From the human T2T-CHM13v2.0 reference genome, Homo sapiens: a stretch of 64,000 nucleotides of DNA. Under the pieces are notes generated by a model. The model saw nothing but the letters and a program-made list of their open reading frames with translations. It did no database searches and was not told the origin of the DNA. Location: the NCBI RefSeq assembly GCF_009914755.1, contig NC_060937.1, one strand, 5' to 3'. Each line of letters begins with the position of its first letter. The first letter of the stretch is position 1. The position numbers and the translations under genes are program-made. This document shows positions 41,845 to 54,200 of this stretch, one piece after another.

Positions 41845-43187
41845 TGAGAGGTGACAATGTGCTAGCAGCCCTCGCTCACTCTCAGCACCTCCTCAGCCTC
41901 AGCGTCCATTCTGGCCACACTTGAGGAGCCCTTCAGCCAACTACTGCACTGTGGGAGACCCTCACTGGGCTGGCCAAGGCCAGAGCCTGCTCCCTCTGCT
42001 TGCGGGGAGGTGTGGAGGGAGAGGCGCAGGCAGGAACTGGGGCTGCATGCAGGGCTCGCAGGCCAGCGTGAGTTCCAGGTGGACGCAGGATCAGTGGGCC
42101 CTGCACTCGGAACAGCCAGCTGGCGCTGCCGGCCCCAGGCAGTGAGGGGCTTAGCACCCAGGCCAGCAGCTGCAGAGGGTGTGCTGGGTCCTCCAGCACT
42201 GCCGGCCCGCCCGCACCACGCTCGAATTCTCACCGGGCCTCAGCTGCCTCCCCACAGGGCAGGGCTCAAGACCTGCAGCCCACCGTGCCCGAGCTCCCCC
42301 CCACCCCCATGGGTTTCCACGTATCCCGAGCCTCCCCAATGGACGCCACCCCCTACTCCGCAGTGCCCGGTCTGATCAACTGTCCAAGGGCTGAGGAGTG
42401 CAGGCACACGGCGTGGGACTGGCGGGCAGCTCGACCCGTGGTCCTGGCGTGGAATCCACTAGGCGAAGCCAGCTGGGCTCCTGAGTCGGGTGGGGACTTG
42501 GAGAACTTTTATGTCTAGCTGGAGGATTGTATATGCACCATTCAGTGCTCTGTGTCTAGCTCAAGGTTTGTAAACACACCAATCAGCACTCTGTGTCTAG
42601 CTCAAGGTTTGTAAATGCACCAATCAGTGCTCTGTGTCTAGCTCAGGGATTGTAAATGCACCAATCAGCACTCTGTCAAAATGGACCAATCAGCTCTCTG
42701 TAAAATGCACCAATCAGCAGGATGTGCGTGGGGCCAGATAAAGAAATAAAAGCAGGCCACCCGAACCAGCAGCGGCAACCCACTCGGTTCCCCTTCCACA
42801 TTGTGGAAGCTCTGTTCTTTCTTTACAATAAATCTTGCTGCTGCTCACTCTTTGGGTCCATGCTGCCTTTATGAGCTGTAACACTCACTGCGAATGTCTG
42901 CAGCTTCACTCCTGAAGCCAGCAAGACCACAGACCCACCGGGAGAACGAACAAGTCCAGATGTGTCACCTTTAAGAGCTGTAACACTCGCTGCGAAGGTC
43001 TGCAGCTTCACTCCTGAAGTCAGCAAGACCACGAACCCACCAGAAGGAATAAACTCCGGACACATCTGAACATCTGAAGGAACAAACTCCAGACACACCA
43101 TCTTTAAGAATTGTAACACCCACCACAAGCATCCGCAGCTTCATTCTTGAAGTCAGCGAGACCAAGAACCCACCAATTCCATACACA
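41845..43187 (+). mobile_element. LTR12 (D/E-like) solo LTR of HERV9
   Basis: tgagaggtgacaatgtgctagcagccctcgc...ccaattccatacaca; perfect 4-bp TSD gaaa (41841-41844 / 43188-43191); 1343 bp. Confidence 0.95.
42512..42755 (+). promoter_or_regulatory. LTR12 U3 enhancer/promoter: 41-bp tandem units with CCAAT (NF-Y) boxes, GATA site and AATAAAA TATA-like box
   Basis: Intact ccaat at ~42579, 42620, 42661, 42686 and 42710; mutated ccatt at ~42538; agataa at ~42736; aataaaa at ~42745. Activity at this copy is untested. Confidence 0.7.
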
Positions 43188-43768
43188 GAAACTCACACAT
43201 AGGCTCAAAATAAAGGGATGGAGGAAGATTTACCAAGCAAAGGGAAAGAAAAAAAAAAAAGCAGGGGTTGCAATCCTAGTCTCTGATAAAACAGACTTTA
43301 AACCAACAAAGATCAAAAAGACATGGAAGCTCATTACATAATGGTAAAGGGATCAATGCAACAAGAAGAGCTAAGTATCCTAAATATATATGTACACAAT
43401 ACAGGAGCACCCAGATTCATAAAGCAAGTTTTTAGAGACCTACAAAGAGACTCAGAGTCCCACACAATAATCACAGGAGACTTTAAAACGCCACTGTCAA
43501 TAGTAGACAGATTAATGAGAGAAAATTAACAAGGATATTCAGGACTTGAACTCAGCTCTGAACCAAGTGGACCTAATAGACATCTCCAGAACTCTCCACC
43601 CCAAATAAACAGAATATACATTCTAATCAGCACCACATACCACTTATTCTAAAATCGGCCACGTAATTGGAAGTAAAACACTCCTCAGCAACTGCAAAAG
43701 AATGGAAATCATAACAGCCTCTCAGACCACAGGGCAATCAAATTAGAACTCAGGACTAAGAAACTCAC

Positions 43769-44050
<282 letters not shown>

Positions 44051-45309
44051 AAGGAACTCACTCAAAACCACACAAATACACAGAAACTGAACAAACTCCT
44101 GAATTACTACTGGGTAAATTATGAAATTAAGGCAGAAATAAATAACTTATTTGAAGCCAGTGAGAACAAAGACACAATGTACCAGAATCTCTGGGACACA
44201 GCTAAAGCAATGTTTAGAGGGAAATTTATAGCACTAAACGCCTACAGGAGAAAGTGGGAAAGAACTAAAATCGACACCCTAACATCAGAATTCAAAGAAC
44301 TAGAGAAGCAAGAGCAAGCAAATTCAAAAGCTAGCAGAAGACAAGAAATAACTAATATCAGAGCAGAGCTGAAGGAGATAGAGACACGAAAAACCCTTCA
44401 AAAAATCAGTGAATCCTGGAGATGGTTTTTTGAAAAGATTAACAAAATAGATAGCCCACTAGCCAGACTAATAAAGAAGTAAAGAGAGAAGAATCAAATA
44501 GACACTTAAAAAAATTATAAAGGAGAGATCATCACTGATCTCACAGAAATACAAACTACCATCAGTGAATACTGTAAACACCACTATACAAATAAACTAG
44601 AAAATCTAGAGGAAATGGATATATTCCTGGACACATACACCCTCCCAGGACTAAATCAGGAGGAAGTCGAATCTCTGAATAGACCAATAATAAGGTCTTA
44701 AAATGAGGCAGTAATTAATAGCCTATCAACCAAAAAAAAAAAGCCCAGGACCAGACAGATTTACATTTGAATTCTACCAGAGGTACAAGGAGGAGCTGGT
44801 ACCATTCCTTCTGAAACTATTCCAAACAACAGAAAAAGAGGGACTCCTCCCTAACTCATTTTATGAGTCCTGCATCATCCTGATACCAAAACCTGACAGA
44901 CACAACAAAAAAAGAAAATTTCAGGCCAATATCCCTGATGAACATCGATGCAAAAATCCTCAGTAAAATACTGGCGAACAGAATCCAGCAGCATATTAAA
45001 GGGCTTATCCACCATGATCAAGTCAGCTTCCTCCCTGGGATGCAAGGCTGTTTAAACATATGCAAATCAATCAATGTAATCCATCACATAAACAGAACCA
45101 ATGACAAAAACCACATGATTATCTCAATAGATGCAGAAAAGGCCTTTGATAAATTTCAACACCCCTTCATGCTAAAAACTCTCAATAAACTAGGTATGGA
45201 TGGAACGTATCTCAAAATAATAAGAGCTATTTATGACAAACCCACAACCAGTATCATACTGAATGGGCAAAAGCTGGAAGCATTCCCTTTGAAAACTGGC
45301 ACAAAATAA

Positions 45310-45420
<111 letters not shown>

Positions 45421-45423
45421 TAA

Positions 45424-45573
<150 letters not shown>

Positions 45574-48500
45574 TAAACAGAGAGCCAAATCATGAATGAA
45601 CTCCCATTCACAATACTACAAAGAGAATAAAATACCTAGCAATACAACTTACAAGGCATGTGAAGGACCTCTTCAAGGAGAACTACAAACCATTGCTCAA
45701 GGAAACAAGAGAGGACACAAAAAAATGGAAGAACATTCCATGCTCATGGATAGGAAGAATCAATATCGTGAAAATGGTCATACTGCCCAAAGTAACTTAT
45801 AGATTCAATGCTGTTCCCATCAAGCTACCATTGAGTTTCTTCACAGAATTAGAAAAAACTACTTTAAATTTCATATGGAACCAAAAAAGAGCCTGTACAG
45901 GCAAGACAATCCTAAGCAAAAAGAACCCAGCTGGAGGAATCATGCTACCTAACTTCAAACTATACTACAAGGCTACAGTAACTAAAACAGCATGGTACTG
46001 GTACCAAAACAAATATATTGACTAATGGAATGGAACAGAGGCCTCAGAAATAACACCATCATCTACAACTATCTGCTCTTTGACAAACCTGACGAAAACA
46101 AGCAATGAGGAAAGGATTCCCTATTTAATAAATGGTGTTGGGAAAACTGGCTAGCCATATGCAGAAAACTGGAACTGGACCCCTTCCTTACACCTTATAC
46201 AAAAATTAAATCAAGATGGATTAAAGATTTAAACATAAGACCTAAAAACATTAAAACCTTAGAAGATAACCTAGACAATACCATTCAGGATATAGGCATG
46301 GGCAAACACTTCATGACTGAAATACCAAAAGCAATTGCAACAAAGCCAAAATTGACGAATGGGATCTAATTAAATTAGAGAGCTTCTGCACAGCAAAAGA
46401 AACTATCATCAGAGTGAACAGGCAGCCTACAGAATGGGAGAAAATTTTTGCCATCTATCCATCTGACAAAGGGCTAATATCCACAATCTACAAGGAACTA
46501 AAACAAATTTACAAGAAAAAACAACCCCATCAAAAAGTGGGCGAAGGATATAAACAGATATTTCACAAAAGAAGACATTTATGTGGCCAAAAAATGTATG
46601 AAAACAAGCTCATCATCACTGGTCATTAGAGACATGCAAATCAAGCCCACAGTGAGATAATGTCTCACGCCAGTTAGAATGGCAATCAGTAAAAAGTCAG
46701 GAAACAACAGATGCTGGAGAGGATGTGGAGAAATAGGAACGCTTTTACACTGTTATGGGAGTGTAACTTAGTTCAACCATTGTGGAAGACAGTGTGGCAA
46801 CTCCTCAAGGATCTAGAACTAGACATACCATTTGACCCAGCAATCCTATTACTGGGTATATACCCAAAGGATCATACATCATTCTATTATAAAGACACAT
46901 GCACACGTAGGTTTATTGTGGCACTATTCACAAGAGCAAAGACTTGGAACCAACCTAAATGCCCCTCATTGTTAGACTGGATAAAGAAAATGTGGCACAT
47001 ATACAGCATGGAATACTATGCAGCCATAAAAAAGAATGAGTTCATGTCCCTTGCAGGGACATGGATGAAGCTAGAAACCATCATTCTCAGCAAACCAACA
47101 CAGGAACAGAAAATCAAACACCATATGTTCTCACTCATAAATGGGAGTTGAACAATGAGAACATAGGGGCACAGGGAAGGGAACATCACACACCGGGGCC
47201 TGTTGGGGAGTGGAGGTAAAGGGGAGGGATAGCATTAGGAGAAATACCTAATGTAGATGACGGGTTGATGGGTGTAACAAACCACCATGGCACACGTATG
47301 ACTATATAACAAACCTGCATGGTCTGCACATGTATTCCAGAACTTAAAGTATAATAATAAAAAAGAAAATAGGGTACAAATACATCACGGAATACTAAGC
47401 CACCATAAAGCAGATAAAATCAGGTCCTTTGCAGCAACATGGATGCAGCTGGAGGCCATTATCCTAAGTGAACTAACACAGGAACAGAAAACCAAATACC
47501 ACATGTTCTTACTTATAGGTGGGTGCTAGACATTGAATAGACGTAGACATGAAAAGGTAACAATAGACACTGGGGACTGCTTGAAGGGGGAGGGTGGGGA
47601 AGCCTCTGTGGGTTAGAAGGCTATCTATTCAACACTATGCTCACTACCTTGGTTACAGGATCATTCACATATCAAGCCTCAGAAACACACAATTCACCCG
47701 TGCAACAAACCTGCACATGTATTCCCTGAACCTAACAGGAAAAAATCAAATATGAAAATTAGATATTCCAAAATGCTTCTGTCTGAGTAATCAAAATATA
47801 CTGTTATAATACATTTTGTGTTTTGAGTTAAAATGCAAATGAAAATATTTCTGTTGCAATCATATTCTCGACATTTTAGCATTTTGTTGTTTGATTTCTG
47901 TTTCAATCTCCAAATAATATTTTGGGGATTGAAGTGCAACTTTTTGATATTTCACAATCTGAAGCAAATACATATAATAGATACTAAAATTGATATTATG
48001 ATATTTAGTGATTGTTATTTAGTTTCCCAAGTCCAGAAGATAGTAAAACGATGAGAAAATAAGAATGTGTTAGTATAATGTGTACTCCAGTATGCCCCTG
48101 CCTGAAAGGGTTGATATCATATATATGTTTATCAATTCAAATGTAATCACATGCTTATATATATGAACATATGTTCTGTTTTTGTTTCAAAAATTAGTCA
48201 AAAAAGAAACAATTTTAAGCTATCTGCAAGAGATGTGCAAAAGTAAAAATGCAAATAATATTTTTATTAATTTTTAAATCAGTATTTTTGTAGATGTGCA
48301 TTGAATCAGATTGAATATGCATCTCATGAAGATTTTCCTGAAACTTATTTCTGTTCACTAAGTAAAACCCCTGTGTTTCCTCTTTATGACCAACCATAAT
48401 TATATTATAAATCTTATAATTCTTTATGTACATGACTTGTTAGGGTCATGGGCTATGTTTCTTCTATTTCTGTGTCCAGTGAATGACATTGAAATAATCT

Positions 48501-48814
48501 CAATTGTTAACTTCATGAATGATAAATAAAAAAGGTTGTTTTCATGTAACTTTTGGAGAATTAAGGAGAACTGTATAATAATACCAGAGAAAGGAAAACA
48601 GTTGAAAATCAAATGTTATAGGTGGGCAACTTTTATCTCAAATCCAATTTAATAAGTTCAAGTTTCCAGAAAAATGAAGAACAGCGTTTGAAAGATATGA
48701 AAGTAAAAACATACCCGTGTCAGTTTGACTCCTCATTAATCTGAGAATATAAAAGATTTTACAAGATCAAAGAATATTCTTTCCTTTTTAAATCAATATG
48801 CTTTTATTTTAAAC

Positions 48815-50060
48815 TTTTTCTTAAGTAATTTTACAATTGCTGAAAAGTAAAAGAGCCTCAATGAATTCCTGAATACCCTTTACCTGTTTTCCTGAATGTT
48901 CCTAAAAATACCTAGCAATGATATTACCAAAGTGATAAAGTATTGCTGTTAATATACCATTAATTAAACTATAGACTTTATTTGGATTTCGCCAGATTCC
49001 CCACTACAGTTTTTTTTTTTTTTTTCTAATCCAGTATCCAACTCAGGATATTATATTGTGCTTAGTTGCTTGAATACACCGAAAAGGTGGTGGACTCTAG
49101 TCTTCACCAGTCTGTGACAGTTTCTTAGTCTTTCACTGGTTTTTATTACCTTGACACTTTTGAATAGCATTGGTTATTTTGTATAACTCTCTTTATTTAG
49201 ATTTGTGCTATATTTTTCTCATTAGACTGGAGTTTTTGATTTTGTTTTTTTGAAATTCACACAGAAGAAATATCTTTCTCATTAAATGATATAAGAAGGA
49301 GCATGATGTCATTAATTTTAATAGTGGTGCTAACTTGATCACATAGCTAAGAGGATGTTATGGTTTGAATGTATGTGTCCCTCCAAATTTTGTATGTCGG
49401 AACTTAATCCCCGAGGTAATGGCAGTAAGACATAAGGCCCATGGGAAGTGATTAGTTCATAAGGGCTCTGCCATCACGAATGGGTTAAAAGGGCTTGAGC
49501 AAGTGAATTTAGTCCTTGTGTCCTTCTATGCATTTCACCTATGGGGACACTGTATTTGTCCGCTCCCCAGAGTAGAGCAACAAGGTGTCATTTTGGAAGC
49601 AGAGACAGTACCCTCACCAGACAACGAACCTCCCGGTGCCTTGGACTTCCAACCTCCAGACTGAAAAATGAATTTCTTTTTTTTTAATAGATTATCCACT
49701 CAGTTATTTTGTTATAGCAACACAAATGGACTAATAAAATGTCTGTTAGATTACTTGTTTTTGCATTCCATGTATACATATTTGTACTTCTACATTCATT
49801 GGAAATGTGTCGCTAAGTCCAGCTCACTCTTTAGGGGGTGGGGAGGGGGTGTAAATTAAGCTCCAACTCCCAGAGAGAGAACATCAAATTACATAGGTAT
49901 AAAAAAATGCTAAAATATGTGTTGAAAACATACCTGAATATATGTTAAATACAGCAGATAAGAAATAGTCTATGGGAGATACTATGGAGAGTATGCAAAT
50001 ATCTTGTTTCTCCTTTAAGTTCCACCCATCAGTAGTAGTAGTAGTAGTAGTGGTATTTTA
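48815..50060 (-). mobile_element. L1MC/MD 3' end fragments interrupted by MSTD
   Basis: aactatagactttatttggatttcgccag...ccagtatccaactcaggata...accttgacacttttgaa. Confidence 0.6.
49356..49738 (+). mobile_element. MSTD-like MaLR solo LTR
   Basis: tgttatggtttgaatgtatgtgtccctccaaa...ccctcaccagacaacgaacc...gttatagcaacacaaatggactaa. Confidence 0.8.
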
Positions 50061-50432
50061 GCCTGATTACAGTATACTTTATTGATAATACATGACAAAG
50101 TAGGGCTTTTTAATCCTCTCAACCTCTTGGGGGTTCTGGGATGGAAACTGTGTTGAGGATGGGAGATTCTCAGAGTGTTGGAGGATCCAGTTGGGACAAA
50201 GACTTCCCGGCAGTAGGTCTCTCTCCTTCTCTCCTGCTTTTGATGGGGCAGGTAATTTAGGAAGCTCTTATCCTTGGAGAATGTTTAGCTATTAGTTCCA
50301 CTACTCTGTTGCTGTATCCAAGCATCCACTAATTTTAATATGCAGCAATTATTGTTGACATGTTCTAATGGCGACTTTGTGTTTATTTGAGTTATCCTCT
50401 AATCCTGTTGTTTTTTATTTCTTTGGTTTTGG

Positions 50433-50433
50433 G

Positions 50434-50465
<32 letters not shown>

Positions 50466-50476
50466 GTTGTTGTTTT
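50433..50476. repeat. (TTG)n microsatellite
   Basis: Run of gtt units. Confidence 0.85.
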
Positions 50477-50539
50477 GGACCGTGGGTATACATGAAGAAC
50501 TCTTTCTGGTTGATTCATGTTCCCTTTTAACATTGAAGA

Positions 50540-51150
50540 CAGCAGCTCCTGGTTAAAAAGCTGAGTGTGATTTTTCAGGCCTGATCATTTGCACTTGCAA
50601 AGGCTTTATCAGGCAGGCCTCACTGGGGAAAGCTATCCTCACCACACAGATCTGGGACACAGCCAGTGCATTGTAGTCTCTGAAGGGAGTTTCATTCAAG
50701 AACTGTCCCTTCTGTATGGTCAAATGCTTAGCACATTTTCATTCCTAGCCCCAGCACCTTCATCTCTACATCTCTATATCTAAGACTATCTCTACATCTC
50801 TCTATCTGAGACCATCGACAGAAGTCTTATTTAGGTGTCTCTGCCAACACCTTGTTACCAGTACAGTGGGGAAATGTTCAAAACGCTTCTGCCCACTCTG
50901 ACTGAATACCCAGTACTTTCCACTTCTAACCCTTTCCTCCTTCCCCTCCCTCAGACTCCAATGTCTATAAAACTGTTTATAGACATTGTCTGGGGATCCT
51001 TCATAGCCTATACACTATGGGGATAAAACTTGTTTGGGGATCCTTCATAGTCTATAAAACTGTCAGAGCCTTTTGTTTGACAACCTCTGCTTCTGTGATG
51101 ATCCAACTGGTCCTTGACCAGTCATTGCACCTTTCAATTGGGGGAAAATG
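50540..51150 (+). mobile_element. Probable ancient LTR fragment, family unassigned
   Basis: Raised GC, pyrimidine tract followed by tataaaa, LTR-like layout. No termini or TSD found. Confidence 0.3.
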
Positions 51151-51155
51151 GAAGA

Positions 51156-52068
51156 AATACGGTATAAAAGATTAAAAATGGTACACTTCTACAGGGCACT
51201 TACTGTGAATGGAGCTTGACAGACTGGACGTTGCACTGGGTCAGTGAGTGAGTTGTGAGTGAATGTGAAGGTGTAGGACATTACCGTACACTACTGTAGA
51301 CTTTACAAACACTGAACATTTAGGATACATTTATAAAAACTTTTTAAAAAATAAATTAACTTTATGGTAACTTTTTTACTTTATAAACTTTTTCTGAACT
51401 TTTTCAAGCTTTTATTTAAAACATGAACTCATTGTACAGCTGAACAAAATGTTTTCAAGATTTTTTATATTTATAAAATTTTAATTTTTAATTTTTTTTA
51501 CTTTTGAAAATTTTTGTTAAGAACTAAGACTCAAACACACACATTAGCCTTGGCCTACCCAGGGTCAGGATCATCAATATCACTGCCTACCACCTGCACA
51601 TCTTGTCCACTGGAAGGTCTTCATGGGCAATAACAGGCACAGACAGAGCTGTCATCTCCAATGATAACAATGCCTTCTTCTAGACTACCTCTTACAAGAC
51701 CTCCCTGAGGCTGTTTCATAGTTACTTTTTCCAGTAAGTACAAGGAGTACATTCTAAAATACTGATACAACATATAGTACCAGAATACAGAATACAGAAT
51801 ACAGAATACCAGAATACAGAAACCAGTAACAGTCATTTATTATCAATCAAGTACAAAATTGTATGTGCTATACTTTTATATGACTTTCAGCACAATAGGC
51901 TTCTTTATATCAGCATCACCATAAACATGTCAGTAACATGTTGCTGTGTTGCTATGACATGACAACTATAACATCGTTGGGTCATAGGAATTTTCAGCTT
52001 TATTTTAATCTTATTGAATCACCTTTATATATACAGTCCATTGCTGAGTTGACTAAAACGTCATTATG
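51156..52068 (+). mobile_element. Tigger3 (Golem, Tigger3b-like) lacking its 5' end
   Basis: aatacggtataaaag...gggcacttactgtgaatggagcttg...aaacacacacattagccttggcctacccagggtcaggatcatcaatatcactg; internal (cagaata)n at ~51781-51820. Confidence 0.85.
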
Positions 52069-52769
52069 TTTGTTAAAACTGTATTTTATATGATTCAACC
52101 TTACAATCAATCATTTCATTATTGACTTTTTTCTTGTTTTGGAACTTTCTACTTAGAAACCAAGATCTAGGCACTATTTATGTTTCTTGCTATTTGAGTA
52201 TTACTGCTTCTAGACCCTTGCAGCAAATAAAGGAAGAGGTTATATGTATGCATTCTAGCCCTTGCGTAAAGACATATCCTTATATCCTTACACAGTTATA
52301 TATCTATGTAACCACATATACTTGTTCATATTCATATAGGCTTCTAACTCAGTGCCAGCGGGTTCGTTCTATTGTTCCTTCCTTGCTATTTGCAGCTCCT
52401 TGTTTTCTGACAATAATAAACCTCACAAATCAGCATGCTTTTAAAAAGCTTTACTAAATTTATAAATAATTTCTCCTAACAGTACAGTCTTTGAAACATT
52501 CTTATATAAAATTGAGGAAAGCACTTTGAGAATGGTATGGCAGATATATCACATATTAGTCGTTTGTCACTCAAAATAGTATAAATAATTTCTATTATAA
52601 TCATGTACTCCCCAGTGAATACTAAGCTTTTTAAGAGATTAGCTTGAAGAATGTATGGACTTCAAACTAAAACTTGAAAGTCAGAATAAAGTCAAGGTTA
52701 ATTTTTTTAAGAAGGCAACATGTATATTTAATTAATAAAAAATATTGGATCATTGGTGTTACACTTTGT

Positions 52770-54200
52770 AGCCATAATGGAATGACTGGTATAAGACACA
52801 GTCTCCTGGTGTAACGAACTTTAAAACTTCATAGGCCGGGCATGGTGGCTCACTCCTGTAATCCCAGCTTTGGGAGGCCAAGGTGGGCGGATCACAAGGT
52901 CAGGAGATCGAGACCATCCTGGCTAACATGGTGAAACCCTGTCTTTACTAAAAATACAAAAAATTAGCCAGGTGTGGTGGCGGGCGCCTGTAATCCCAGC
53001 TAATCAGGAGGCTGAGGCAGGAGAATAGCTTGAACTGGGGAGGCAGAGGTTACAGTGAGCCAAGATGGCACCACTGCACTCCAGCCTGGGGGACAGAGCG
53101 AGACTCCTCATCTCAAAACAAAACGAAACAAAGCAAAACAAAAACAACGAAAAAAAACAACAACTTCATGAAATATATGAGACGATTGTTTAAAAAGATT
53201 GACAGTAGCCAATACAAAATATGATGTTTGATAGCGGAGAGACACACAAGGTCAATGCGTGTTTGCCCAGGCTTTCTGCCCATCAGGCTGGGTAGGTAGG
53301 TTGAGTCCAAGTAGACCTGAACTTAACTGAACAGGCAGAGACTGGAGTTCAGGATCACTGAAGTTCCTGGAACTTGGGGACAGACAACTAGAGGGGTGAA
53401 TTCTCCAAGAGGAATGGTAGAAGCCTGTGACAAAGCTTCCTGTGGTTTTGGGATTAAGAGGCAGGTTTTGTATGTACCAGGAAAGATTCAGATTAGCAGA
53501 AAGAAGATACTGTGCAGCTGACAGATAACAGAAATACCAGGATTCATGCAGTGATGAGGACATTGGAGTTCCATGCTAGTCAAAGTGAAAGTGAAGGCCA
53601 TAATCTAAGTTATATGTCACAACCTATTTATAAGACAAAACTGAAAGTGATCAATCTTAACAAAAATAAAAATTTACCTACATAGATGAAGCAGATTCAT
53701 CAGTAATATGACCACCTGTCATAACAATACTATAACATAACAATACACAATACCTAAAAAAAAATAATAATTCAGGCGCTTTAGATGATAGCATCCACAA
53801 TGTCAAATATTAACTTAACAAAATAAAAAGTGTAAAGTAGGAAAATGTAACTACTATTGCCATTACTACTAACAATAAAATATTAAAAATAAAGCACCAT
53901 CAAAATAGACTCTAGGATGACCCAGATATTGGAATCATTAGAAAAGAACTTAAAATCAGGTATTAGGTAGATTGTGATAAGTTAATGATACATATTAAAA
54001 TGAATAGTGCAAACAATACAATTAGTAAAATAGAAAAAATGAAAATAGAATGTAAAAAATATTAAAAATAATTGATTAAACAAAAACAATGCATAACAGA
54101 AAGAAAAAAATTGAAGTAAACTACACTAATATAAATGACTGAAAGTGTCATCCATGTCATATATACTGAAAAATTTAAAAATATAATAGCCAAGATATTT
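52770..54200 (+). mobile_element. Ancient L1M 5'/ORF1-like region
   Basis: Motifs similar to 11980-12900 (gatgacccagatattggaatcattagaaaagaacttaaaa). Confidence 0.5.
52834..53161 (+). mobile_element. AluSc8-like
   Basis: gagatcgagaccatcctggctaacatgg with an S-type right arm; (CAAAA)n tail; TSD aacttcat (52825-52832 / 53162-53169). Confidence 0.92.

Noticed and set aside
41862-42518. Cluster of overlapping GC-rich ORFs or a host CpG-island promoter
   Set aside because: Stop-poor GC-rich LTR12 U3 sequence bounded by LTR termini and a TSD.
42512-42720. CRISPR-like array
   Set aside because: Contiguous 41-bp tandem units without unique spacers; this is the known LTR12 U3 enhancer repeat.
42868-43175. 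Three ~100-bp repeats and the ORF 42823-43128
   Set aside because: Standard LTR12 U5 repeats; the ORF is their antisense translation.
47161-47230. G-quadruplex-like G-runs
   Set aside because: Known polypurine tract of the L1PA 3'UTR; not locus-specific.
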